64,000 nucleotides of DNA from an uncultured bacterium (GTDB lineage Bacteria > Bacillota > Clostridia > Oscillospirales > CAG-272): NCBI GenBank assembly GCA_945920215.1, contig CAMEJM010000008.1, forward strand, positions 14,134 through 78,133. Direction: 5' to 3'. This document shows, piece by piece, positions 25,454 to 33,973 of this stretch. The notes beneath the pieces were generated by a model. That model was given only the letters and a program-made list of their open reading frames with translations, was not told the origin of the DNA and did no database searches. The stretch's first letter is position 1, and every line of letters begins with the position of its first letter. Made by a program: the position numbers and the translations under genes.

Positions 25454-27634
25454 ATGAAAAAAGTGATTCGGACATTGTTGGCTGTGGTGCTGGCCATGGC
25501 GTTCGTGCTGCCGATGACGATCGGCGCGAGCGCGGAGGTAACGGTTGCCGGATACGCGCAGCAAAAAGGATATGAATCCAACTGGGTCGGTTCCCAAATC
25601 AAACCAAAGTACGGCATTTATTCGGTGGCTGCCGACGGCCCCTACAACGGTGGCGTACAGTGGAACAAAGAGGCCGATAGAATCACGCTGGATTCCGAAA
25701 CGGGCGTGCTGACTTTCAGCGGTATCAACAATCCTTTCTGCAAGTTCTATCCCGGTCAGGTACAGTCTCCCAGTACCACAACGGGCGCAGCCATGCTGCA
25801 GTTCGATATTTTTTACGACAGCGGCGTGACAACCGTCGGGGAAGGTCTGGAAACGCAGAGTTTCTATAACTTCTCCGGAATTAATATTTCGTATATCCAA
25901 TCAACGACTGACCGGACCTTGATTTCTATCGATGAGACCGGAGCTGTCCGCGGAGGAAACGGTAAGAGTGAAGGCTTCAACGCTCTGCCTTTTGCGCAAC
26001 TGGCGGAGGGCTGGAACACCATTTACATCTATTTCTTCCCGAACGAAACCACCGAAAACAATACCACAACTGTGACGAACAACACTGTCTACGCACGTAT
26101 TTCCAACAGCGAAAACCAATATATGTGCAGCGAGAGCTACGGTATCACCACGGAAGAGCTGACCAACCACAGTTTTGACCAGGACTACCTTACAAACCTG
26201 AAGGGGCAACTGAAGGCGCAACTGGAGGAGGCACAAGGCGGAAGCGAGCCGGCAGTTGAGGTTTCGAATACATACCTGACCGAAAACATTGCGGAAAACC
26301 GATACTACTATAAGTTCACTTACAATGTCGCAAAATATTTCGGCGGCAACGGCGATGCTATATCAATGGGCTCCCTGCTTTACATGAAGCCGTGCCAGGC
26401 AGATAAAGGCGAGATCAAAATTCGCAACGTGAAGTGCCCGAACCTGATTCCCGATTCCTCGCTCTACAAGGTGACCTACCAAGGCTATGATAAGCTGACT
26501 GCGTTTATCCCCACCAACGCAAGCAACCACAACATTACGGTGTCTGCCGCTTCGGGCGTGAACTATTGGGTGGAAGACGTAGTCGGGGGCACCGCAAGAT
26601 ATTACACCCCCGGCGATTCTGCTGCGGTGCTGGACAGCATGACTCTGCGCCCCGCCACCGCGGAAGAGGAGACCATCGGCTCGCTCGGTTCCGCGGCAAC
26701 CGCAATCGATACGAATAGAATCAACGACTACACCTATTCCGATCTGAATGCAGCCATTGCCAAACTGGAAACAGCCATGGCGGAATACAACTCCCAAAAG
26801 CCTGATGAAGTTGAAGAATCCGAATGGCAAAGCAATGGATACTATCAGCTTGCCATTACCGCGACGGAAGAAATCTCTCAGCGGATGGGCGTTATTGCCG
26901 ATGCGTGCGAGCGCCTGATCAGCAAAGCGGCAATCTTCTCGGATGACACCAAGACGATTTCCAAGAGGCTCGAGGCATACGACTTGGTGAAAGACGGTAC
27001 ATACGACGCAACCTACTTCAGCGATCTGAACGGAGACCGGATCAACAACGATGCGCTCGACAAAGACGGGAATCCCATCCCGGACGAACGGTGCAAAGAC
27101 GCTATGTTGAAGCTGGAACTGTTTGCAACGATAGCGGCTAACACCGCGGAAGACCTCAAAGCTTACGAAGAGGGGTTGACCGCTCTTGAAAATGCCGACG
27201 CTACCACAGACCTCGGCGCCATCATTTCCGGAATGCTCGTGAACGTATCGAACATACGGCAGGTGATCAGCAACTTTGAAATTGATCAGTTGATGATTGA
27301 CAAATATCAGGAGAATCTGGAAAACAGAAAGACAGCATATTTTGCGCTGACGACTGTTGCGGAAAAGTACCAGATGCTTCTGAAATGGTTTGAGGAGTAT
27401 AACCTTTATAAAAAGGTCATGACGGGTGAGAGACGGAAAGCCGATATTCCGCAACAGCTGCTGGACGCCGTCAACGACTATAACGCGATGATAGGCGACA
27501 TCAACGCGGATTGCGTGGAAGCGCTGATCCTCTCCGGCATGATGCAGTACGAGGCAGTGAACACCGCAGACATCGCCACCATGCTGACCGACATCAAATC
27601 CAAGGTGGAAGCGTTGCTTCCCACCGAGGAATGA
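25454..27634 (+). CDS. Secreted protein of unknown function (726 aa)
   Basis: Signal peptide MKKVIRTLLAVVLAMAFVLPMTIGASA-EV. The N-terminal half looks beta-rich and the C-terminal ~300 aa are helical and acidic. I see no anchor motif (no LPXTG, no SLH). It is visibly more A/T-rich than flanking genes. Confidence 0.8.
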   Translation: MKKVIRTLLAVVLAMAFVLPMTIGASAEVTVAGYAQQKGYESNWVGSQIKPKYGIYSVAADGPYNGGVQWNKEADRITLDSETGVLTFSGINNPFCKFYPGQVQSPSTTTGAAMLQFDIFYDSGVTTVGEGLETQSFYNFSGINISYIQSTTDRTLISIDETGAVRGGNGKSEGFNALPFAQLAEGWNTIYIYFFPNETTENNTTTVTNNTVYARISNSENQYMCSESYGITTEELTNHSFDQDYLTNLKGQLKAQLEEAQGGSEPAVEVSNTYLTENIAENRYYYKFTYNVAKYFGGNGDAISMGSLLYMKPCQADKGEIKIRNVKCPNLIPDSSLYKVTYQGYDKLTAFIPTNASNHNITVSAASGVNYWVEDVVGGTARYYTPGDSAAVLDSMTLRPATAEEETIGSLGSAATAIDTNRINDYTYSDLNAAIAKLETAMAEYNSQKPDEVEESEWQSNGYYQLAITATEEISQRMGVIADACERLISKAAIFSDDTKTISKRLEAYDLVKDGTYDATYFSDLNGDRINNDALDKDGNPIPDERCKDAMLKLELFATIAANTAEDLKAYEEGLTALENADATTDLGAIISGMLVNVSNIRQVISNFEIDQLMIDKYQENLENRKTAYFALTTVAEKYQMLLKWFEEYNLYKKVMTGERRKADIPQQLLDAVNDYNAMIGDINADCVEALILSGMMQYEAVNTADIATMLTDIKSKVEALLPTEE

Positions 27635-27664
27635 AAACAGAAGTAGAGAAAGGAAACCGACACA

Positions 27665-28240
27665 ATGAAAAAACTGATTGCAGTCCTGCTTCTGGGCGTT
27701 TGTCTGTTCTCTCTGTTTTCCTGCGGAAACAAGGAATTGAATGAGTATTCCGAATCCTTTTTGAACTGTGAAGCCACCGTGGCGCACGCGACTGTCGAGG
27801 TGACGATTTCGGAAGATCAGATTCTGACTTACACCTCCGATTTCTACTATGAGCCCGATACAAAGAAGGGCGAGGCGAACGCACTGGTGATCCAGCATTT
27901 TTCGCCCCTCACCTTTGACAATAACAACAACGCTGTCATCCCCAAGAATCAAACGGGTGAAATGACCGCCCAACTGCTTTCCGACGACGCTGAGGTCATC
28001 TCCCTCAAGCAGCTGAACTTCAACAAGAAGTACTTCAAGAACAAGGAGTATACGATTGACGCGAAGGGCAGCTTCAAGGCTGTGGTGACCAACCCCACCG
28101 CGTTCTTCGGCACCGATGTCGGCGCTTCGGAGGTTGAGGTGAACATTACCAACAAGCGCGGCGCGCCTGACAAAGCGGTGTTGACCTACACCTCTCAAAT
28201 GGGCTTCGACGTGAAAATCACAGTCGAGTATGAATATTAA
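27665..28240 (+). CDS. Lipoprotein of unknown function
   Basis: Lipobox LFSLFS-C after a K-rich N-terminus. GAAAGGA Shine-Dalgarno. It starts 30 nt after the preceding gene and is followed by a strong terminator. Confidence 0.75.
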   Translation: MKKLIAVLLLGVCLFSLFSCGNKELNEYSESFLNCEATVAHATVEVTISEDQILTYTSDFYYEPDTKKGEANALVIQHFSPLTFDNNNNAVIPKNQTGEMTAQLLSDDAEVISLKQLNFNKKYFKNKEYTIDAKGSFKAVVTNPTAFFGTDVGASEVEVNITNKRGAPDKAVLTYTSQMGFDVKITVEYEY

Positions 28241-28267
28241 GAGATTCTGAACTTCGGAATCGGGAGA

Positions 28268-28292
28268 AGCGGGGGCGGCGCCCCCGCTTTTT
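28268..28292 (+). terminator. Intrinsic terminator
   Basis: AGCGGGGG-CGGCG-CCCCCGCT followed by TTTTC. Confidence 0.7.
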
Positions 28293-28424
28293 CATATGCC
28301 GATAAATGATGCCGTCTTCTTTAGGCTTCCTTGGGAGGGGGGCTCCCGCCGTAGGCGGGCGGAGAAGTGGCGGGAAGCCGGCAACCCCCGCGGCATGGGG
28401 CGCCGGGAGGAAAAGAAGAGGGCA

Positions 28425-28453
28425 TTGCATTTGAGGGGGGAATGTGTTATAAT
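28425..28453 (+). promoter_or_regulatory. Sigma-A type promoter P1 upstream of the SPFH operon
   Basis: TTGCAT, 17-nt spacer, TATAAT, with extended TGT (TGTTATAAT). Confidence 0.6.
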
Positions 28454-28597
28454 ACACGCAGTACGGCTTGCAGAGCAAGCCGAGGGCGCTTGCGCGCCCG
28501 AACACTTGCGTGTTCCTGCGCTCCTTGAAGCACTGCGCAAAAATGTCCGTGCAAGCACACATTTTTGCTGGTGTTATAATACACGCAGTACGGCTTG
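28444..28597 (+). repeat. Perfect 27-nt direct repeat (28444-28470 and 28571-28597) duplicating the extended -10 and initial transcribed region
   Basis: GTGTTATAATACACGCAGTACGGCTTG occurs twice, 127 nt apart. Confidence 0.9.
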
Positions 28598-28630
28598 GAG
28601 GGCAAAGCCCGCGAAGATAAATCGGTATGA

Positions 28631-28658
28631 TGAACGGCAATATTTTTGAATCTGTATA
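28631..28658 (+). promoter_or_regulatory. Possible ECF-sigma (SigW-like) promoter
   Basis: TGAACG-N16-TGTATA compared with the B. subtilis SigW consensus TGAAAC-N16-CGTATA. It ends 40 nt upstream of the SPFH start codon. Confidence 0.35.
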
Positions 28659-28698
28659 TGATTCACTCCCCGTGGAGTGAAGAAAAGGAGAGGTACAA

Positions 28699-29982
28699 AT
28701 GGGTATTATCAAGGCAGTTATGAACGCAATCGGCGGAGGTCTGGCAGATTCCTGGCTGGAAGTGCTGGAGGCGGACAATATGACGGATACCACCGTGATG
28801 GCAAAAGCCGTCAAGGTGCGCCGTGACGACAAGCGCAACAACAATAAGCGCGGTACAGAAGATTTCATTTCCAACGGCAGTGTGATTCACGTCTATCCCA
28901 ACCAGTTCATGATGCTCCTCGACGGCGGAAAGGTCATCGACTATACCGCGGAGGAGGGATATTACAAGGTAGACAATTCCTCCGCTCCCTCCCTGTTTGG
29001 CGGTCAGCTCGGCGCTTCCATCGCCGAGACGTTCAGCCGCGTGAAGTTCGGCGGCGTTCCGTCCGGGAAGCAGATTGCGATATTTATCAACCTGCAGGAG
29101 ATCAAGGGGATCAAGTTCGGCACCCGCGCGCCCATCAACTATTTCGATAATTTCTACAACGCGGAGCTGTTCCTGCGCGCCCACGGTACATATTCTATCA
29201 AGATCACCGACCCCATCAAGTTCTACAACGAGGCGATCGGCAAGAACGCAACCCGCGTGGACATCACCGACATCAACGCGCAGTATCTGGATGAATTTCT
29301 GGAAGCGTTGCAGGGCTCCATCAACCGCATGTCCGCAGACGGCATCCGTATTTCCCATGTGACCGGTAAGGTACAGGAGCTGTCCGCTTATATGCGCGAG
29401 GCGCTGGACGAAGGCTGGAAGGCCATGCGCGGCATGGAAGTACAGTCCGTGGGCATTGCCTCGGTTTCCTATGACGACGAGTCCAAGGAGCTGATCAATC
29501 TGCGCAACCGCGGCGCCATGCTCAGCGATCCCACCGTGCGCGAGGGCTATGTACAGGGCTCCGTTGCGGAGGGTCTGCGCGCCGCAGGCTCCAATGCGAA
29601 CGGCGCGGCAGCCGCCTTTATGGGCATGGGCGTCGGCATGAACGGCGCCGGCTCCTTTATGGCGACCGCCTCCGCCACCAACGCGCAGCAGATGGCGGCA
29701 CAGCAGCAGGCTGCACAGGCGGCACAGGCTGCCAAAGCGGCTGCCGACAGCTGGACCTGCTCCTGCGGTAAGGTAAACACGGGCAAGTTCTGCGCCGACT
29801 GCGGCAAGAAGCGCCCCGAAGCGAACACATGGACCTGCAAGTGCGGCACCGTCAACAGCGGCAAATTCTGCTCCAACTGCGGAGAGAAAAAGCCGGACGG
29901 AGAGTGGGTCTGCCCCCAGTGCGGAACCCGTAACGCGGCAGGCGTGAAGTTCTGCGGCGAGTGCGGACACAAGAAAGACTGA
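28699..29982 (+). CDS. SPFH-domain protein with C-terminal triple zinc ribbon (YdjI/COG4260-like)
   Basis: The N-terminus MGIIKAVMNAIGGGLADSWLEVLE... is typical of the YdjI-like family. A Q/A-rich linker follows. Three CxxC-X-CxxC ribbons are present (CSCG..CADCG, CKCG..CSNCG, CPQCG..CGECG). AAAAGGAGAGG Shine-Dalgarno. Confidence 0.88.
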   Translation: MGIIKAVMNAIGGGLADSWLEVLEADNMTDTTVMAKAVKVRRDDKRNNNKRGTEDFISNGSVIHVYPNQFMMLLDGGKVIDYTAEEGYYKVDNSSAPSLFGGQLGASIAETFSRVKFGGVPSGKQIAIFINLQEIKGIKFGTRAPINYFDNFYNAELFLRAHGTYSIKITDPIKFYNEAIGKNATRVDITDINAQYLDEFLEALQGSINRMSADGIRISHVTGKVQELSAYMREALDEGWKAMRGMEVQSVGIASVSYDDESKELINLRNRGAMLSDPTVREGYVQGSVAEGLRAAGSNANGAAAAFMGMGVGMNGAGSFMATASATNAQQMAAQQQAAQAAQAAKAAADSWTCSCGKVNTGKFCADCGKKRPEANTWTCKCGTVNSGKFCSNCGEKKPDGEWVCPQCGTRNAAGVKFCGECGHKKD

Positions 29983-30123
29983 TCATTACAATTGAGGGGG
30001 CTTCCCCTTCGGCGGAGGGGCGCCCCTGCGGTTTTCAGAACTGACGGGAACCCCGCCGCCTTTTTCCTTTGATAAACACATCAAGTTTTTACAAATGAGA
30101 CCCCCGCAAAACAGGAGAATACA

Positions 30124-31182
30124 GTGGATACCATCGTTTCTTATCAATGCCCCAACTGCGAAGCGCCCCTGAGCTTCGACCCGGCAACTCAAAGCTTCCG
30201 GTGCGAATACTGCACGTCGGAATTTACCGAGGCGTTCCTGCGCGCCGCCGATGAGAAAAAGGCACAGCGCCGACAGGAGCGCGAGGAAGAAGAAGCCCGC
30301 GCATACTGCGAGAGTATGGAGGAGTATGAGTGCCCCAACTGCGGGGCGCAGGTTGCCTGTGACGGAAACACGGCAGCCGCGTTTTGCATGTACTGCCATA
30401 CCCCGGTCATTCACCGCGGCAAGCTGTCCGGGCAGATGCGCCCGCACAAGATCGTACCGTTCAAATACGACCGCGCGGCGGCGGAACAGGAGTTCCTGCG
30501 CTTCGCGCACGCGCACAAGTTTATTCCGCGCGGCTTTTTTGCCAAGTCCCAGCTTGAAAAGATGCAGGGGGTGTATTTCCCGTTCTGGATCACCGACGCG
30601 GATACGCGCGCGGATCTGAGCGCTTCCGCCACGCGGGTACGTTCGTGGCGAGCCGGCAACTATCAGTACACCGAGACCTCCCGCTTCGATATTGAGCGCG
30701 GCGGGGAAATCCATTTTGAGGACATCACCACCTCGGCGCTCTCCGAGGCGGACAAGAAGATGCTGGAGGGGATTCTTCCGTACCCCTCCGAGGCGCTGAT
30801 CGATTTTTCCATGCCGTACCTTTCCGGGTTCCTGACCAAGAAGCGGGACATCGAAAGGGAAGCCCTGCAAGGGGAAATCAATGACAGAATGAACAAGTAC
30901 GCGCGTGAAATGCTGCGGGACACCATTCAGGGGTATACCACGGTATCGGTGCGGGACAGCCACGCCAACGCATACCGCGAGGGGTGGGAATACGCTCTGA
31001 TGCCCGTCTGGCTGTTGGTCTGGCGCGGCAAAAAGCGCAATTACACCTACGCCATGAACGGGTATACCGGGAAGATTTACGGAGAGCTGCCGGTCAGCGC
31101 CGCAAAGCTTGCCATACTGGGCGGCAGTGTGTTCGCCGGCGCGGCGGCGGTCGCCACCCTGATAGGAGGACTGCTTATATGA
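30124..31182 (+). CDS. Zinc-ribbon protein with C-terminal TM anchor (YdjG-like)
   Basis: GTG start follows an AGGAGA Shine-Dalgarno. Two ribbons are present (CPNCE..CEYC and CPNCG..CMYCH). C-terminal helix AAKLAILGGSVFAGAAAVATLIGGLLI. Confidence 0.82.
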   Translation: MDTIVSYQCPNCEAPLSFDPATQSFRCEYCTSEFTEAFLRAADEKKAQRRQEREEEEARAYCESMEEYECPNCGAQVACDGNTAAAFCMYCHTPVIHRGKLSGQMRPHKIVPFKYDRAAAEQEFLRFAHAHKFIPRGFFAKSQLEKMQGVYFPFWITDADTRADLSASATRVRSWRAGNYQYTETSRFDIERGGEIHFEDITTSALSEADKKMLEGILPYPSEALIDFSMPYLSGFLTKKRDIEREALQGEINDRMNKYAREMLRDTIQGYTTVSVRDSHANAYREGWEYALMPVWLLVWRGKKRNYTYAMNGYTGKIYGELPVSAAKLAILGGSVFAGAAAVATLIGGLLI

Positions 31183-31931
31183 AACGGACATGTGCCATTC
31201 TCCTGTCGGCGCTGATGCTTTTGGCGGCACTGTGCGTGACAAGCGCGGCGGCGGACAGTCAACGCTACGTATTTGACGAAAGAAACCATCTGAGTGCCTA
31301 TGAGGCAACAGAGCTGAACCGAAAGCTCTCGGACGCGCGCGAGCTGCTGGGCGGCGCGGATATCGTGGTGATAGTGACCGACGACTTTGATTCCGACGTG
31401 CAGACTCAGCTTGCCCTGCACGGGTATGCCTCTCCGGACAGGGACGTCATCGGGCTGACGGTGTTCTGCAGCGGCACCATATACGAATTCGACATCGGCA
31501 CATGGGGCAGCATGAGCGATACGCTCTCGGTCAAGCGCCTCAATCAGATCATGGACGTCATTGAAGCAGACGTCAAGGCGGGCCGTCTCTTTGAGGGCGC
31601 CTGCAAGTTTGTTGACGCAACGGTGGAGCGGTACACAAAGGAAATCGAAAAAGCAAACCGCAATTCGTTTTTGGTGGTTTTGCCCGTGGCTTTGGTCATC
31701 GGCGTTGTCGCCGGCGGCGTGGCGGTGCTGTGCGTATTTTTCTCTTATCGGAAAAAGAACCGCACGCCCTCCTATCCGCTTGACAGGTTTGCGCGCCTCT
31801 ATCTTTCCGTGGAACGGGACGTGTTTCTCGGCAGCTCGGTGATCAAGACCAAGATTGTCGAAAATACCTCCTCGGGCGGCTCGCACGGAGGAGGCGGCGG
31901 GGGCGGCTTCCACTCCGCCGGGCGAAGATAA
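31179..31931 (+). CDS. TPM-domain protein (YdjH/YgcG-like) with signal peptide, C-terminal TM and Gly-rich tail
   Basis: ATG overlaps the upstream stop (ATGA). Signal peptide LLSALMLLAALCVTSAAA. TPM-like segment YVFDERNHLSAYEATELNRKL...IVVIVTD. TM helix VVLPVALVIGVVAGGVAVLCVFF. The tail is SSGGSHGGGGGGGFHSAGRR. Confidence 0.82.
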   Translation: MKRTCAILLSALMLLAALCVTSAAADSQRYVFDERNHLSAYEATELNRKLSDARELLGGADIVVIVTDDFDSDVQTQLALHGYASPDRDVIGLTVFCSGTIYEFDIGTWGSMSDTLSVKRLNQIMDVIEADVKAGRLFEGACKFVDATVERYTKEIEKANRNSFLVVLPVALVIGVVAGGVAVLCVFFSYRKKNRTPSYPLDRFARLYLSVERDVFLGSSVIKTKIVENTSSGGSHGGGGGGGFHSAGRR

Positions 31932-32023
31932 CGGCTGTCCGTGCGGGGCTTTCCCGCTTCCGGCGGCGCGCGTTCGGCATTTCCTATCGTTTGATATTTG
32001 GGAGAGTAACCGTACCCATGGGA

Positions 32024-32056
32024 GGGGCGGCGCCTGCGGCGCCGCCCTTTTCGCTT
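32024..32056 (+). terminator. Intrinsic terminator after the TPM gene
   Basis: GGGCGGCGCC-TGC-GGCGCCGCCC followed by TTTTCGCTT. Confidence 0.65.
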
Positions 32057-32134
32057 GCCTTGCGCGCCGTCGGATTCTGCCGGCGTAAAAGGGCTTCCGG
32101 CATGACGCGGGAGGCGTAAAAATTCGGCTTTCCC

Positions 32135-32163
32135 TTGACATTTTTCGCAGAAAATGCTACAAT
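32135..32163 (+). promoter_or_regulatory. Sigma-A type promoter for the SDR/flavin reductase/XRE/ABC operon
   Basis: TTGACA, 17-nt spacer, TACAAT. Confidence 0.65.
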
Positions 32164-32196
32164 AGTATCGCAAAAACAATGAAAAGGAGAGCGGAT

Positions 32197-32976
32197 ATGG
32201 CTGTTGCGATTATCACCGGGGCGTCCTCGGGCATCGGGCGGGAGTTCGCGCGCGCGCTGAGAGCGAGCGGCGAGGCAAACATTTTCTGGCTGGTGGCACG
32301 CAGACGGGAGAAGATGGAGGAACTGGCGGAGGAGCTTGGCTGCCCCTGTCGTATCATCCCGGCGGATCTGGCGACGAGCGAGGGCGTGGAGGCTTTTCTG
32401 CGCGCGCTGGACAGTGAGAAGCCGCAGGTGAGGTATCTGGTCAACGCCGCCGGCTTCGGCGTGTTCGGCGGATATGACGAGCTGTCCGAGACCGAGGTCA
32501 TGCGGATGATCGACCTCAACGTCAAAGCCACGGTGCGGATCACCCACCGGGTCGCGCCGTATATGGAGCGCGGCGGGCATATCATCGAGATGGGCAGCGG
32601 CTCCTGTTTTACGCCGCTCCCGTATTTCAACGTATACGCCGCCGGAAAGGCGTTCATCCTGCATTACTCCAAGGCGCTGCGGTATGAGATGCGACCCCGC
32701 GCCGTCAGCGTCACCTGCTTCTGCCCCGGCTGGGTGGACACCGGGTTCCTCGGCATAGCGACGTGCGAGGAGGGCGTGACGGCGCCCAAGCCGGATTCCT
32801 ACAAGCCTCTTTTGCGCGCGGACAAGGTGGTGCGGGGCGCGCTGCGCGCCGCAAAGCGCGGCAGGGTGATGTATGTGACGAACGTCTATACGAAATTACA
32901 GCATTTGCTGTTTAAGCTGCTGCCCGACCGGCTTCTGAGCCGTATCTGGATGAAGCGGCTCCGCAAAGAGAAGTGA
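32197..32976 (+). CDS. Short-chain dehydrogenase/reductase (SDR) family oxidoreductase
   Basis: The TGASSGIG cofactor motif, NAAG and YAAGKAF (YxxxK) are present. I chose ATG at 32197 because AAAGGAGAG lies 5 nt upstream; in-frame ATG at 32179 is the alternative. Confidence 0.88.
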   Translation: MAVAIITGASSGIGREFARALRASGEANIFWLVARRREKMEELAEELGCPCRIIPADLATSEGVEAFLRALDSEKPQVRYLVNAAGFGVFGGYDELSETEVMRMIDLNVKATVRITHRVAPYMERGGHIIEMGSGSCFTPLPYFNVYAAGKAFILHYSKALRYEMRPRAVSVTCFCPGWVDTGFLGIATCEEGVTAPKPDSYKPLLRADKVVRGALRAAKRGRVMYVTNVYTKLQHLLFKLLPDRLLSRIWMKRLRKEK

Positions 32977-33035
32977 AAACCGAAACGGCAACCGATGGAT
33001 TCCGGATGCCGAAAGAAAGAAAAGGACTGAAAAAC

Positions 33036-33623
33036 ATGGCAAGAAGAAACATGAAAGGCGGGACGCTGCTTGCGCCGGTGCCGCCGGCGCTGGTGACGGT
33101 GGGCGACATGGAGAAGCCCAATGTGCTGACGGTGGCGTGGACGGGGATCCTCTGCTCCGACCCCGCGAAAACTTACGTATCGGTGCGCCCCACGCGCTAT
33201 TCGTGGGGAATCCTCAGGGAAAAGGGGGAATTTGTCATTCATCTGCCTGCCGCCGGGCAGGCGCGGCTGGTGGACTATTGCGGCATTTACACCGGGGCAA
33301 AGGTCAACAAGTTTGAAAAATGCGGCTTCACTCTGACCGAAAGCACCGCGGTGCAGGCGCCGACGATTGCCGAGTGCCCTGTTGCGCTGGAATGCCGCGT
33401 GTGCGAGGTGATACCGCTCGGAAGCCACGATATGTTCCTCGCCGACATTGTGGCGGTGACCGCGGACGAGAGCCTGTTTGACAGCGCCGGCAAGTTGCAC
33501 ATGGAACGCGCGGAGCTGTGCGCCTATGCGCACGGGGAATACTACGCCCTCGGCAGACGACTCGGAACGTTCGGATTCTCCGCCGCGAAACGCCGCGGCG
33601 GTAAGGGAGGGCGCAGAAAATGA
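33036..33623 (+). CDS. Flavin reductase-like (FMN-binding split barrel) protein
   Basis: LAPVPPALVTVG..NVLTVAWTG and ECPVALECRV are typical of the flavin reductase domain. The start is uncertain: candidates are 32973 GTG, 33006 ATG and 33036 ATG. Confidence 0.8.
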   Translation: MARRNMKGGTLLAPVPPALVTVGDMEKPNVLTVAWTGILCSDPAKTYVSVRPTRYSWGILREKGEFVIHLPAAGQARLVDYCGIYTGAKVNKFEKCGFTLTESTAVQAPTIAECPVALECRVCEVIPLGSHDMFLADIVAVTADESLFDSAGKLHMERAELCAYAHGEYYALGRRLGTFGFSAAKRRGGKGGRRK

Positions 33624-33973
33624 CGGACGAAAAGGCTGTCGGCAACAGAATCACCGCGATGATCTCACAACGCTTTACGACCGACGCGGCGTTTGAGCGC
33701 GCGTGCGACTTGCCCCCAAAAACCGTGAGCAACTGGCGGCGCGGGCGAAGCGCATCCTACATGAAAATCCTGCCGCGACTGGCGCAGGTGCTGGGGGTGG
33801 ACGCCCGCACGCTGCTGATGGGGGAGGAGGACGGCACCCCTGTGCTGTCCCGTGAGGAAACCGCCCTGCTGGACGCTTTCCGTCGCACGCGGAATCTGCC
33901 GCCGGCGGAGCGTGAAACCCTCTTGAAAACCCTATTGAGTATGATACGTCTGTCCTGCGGAGGTATGGAATGA
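33620..33973 (+). CDS. XRE-family helix-turn-helix transcriptional regulator
   Basis: HTH segment FERACDLPPKTVSNWRRGRSASYMKILPRLAQVLGVDARTLL. ATGA overlaps on both sides. Confidence 0.8.
   Translation: MTDEKAVGNRITAMISQRFTTDAAFERACDLPPKTVSNWRRGRSASYMKILPRLAQVLGVDARTLLMGEEDGTPVLSREETALLDAFRRTRNLPPAERETLLKTLLSMIRLSCGGME

Noticed and set aside
26363-28198. 611-aa ORF on the minus strand
   Set aside because: It is antisense to the secreted-protein and lipoprotein genes, which have signal peptide, lipobox and Shine-Dalgarno support. It spans their intergenic gap and has no start context of its own.
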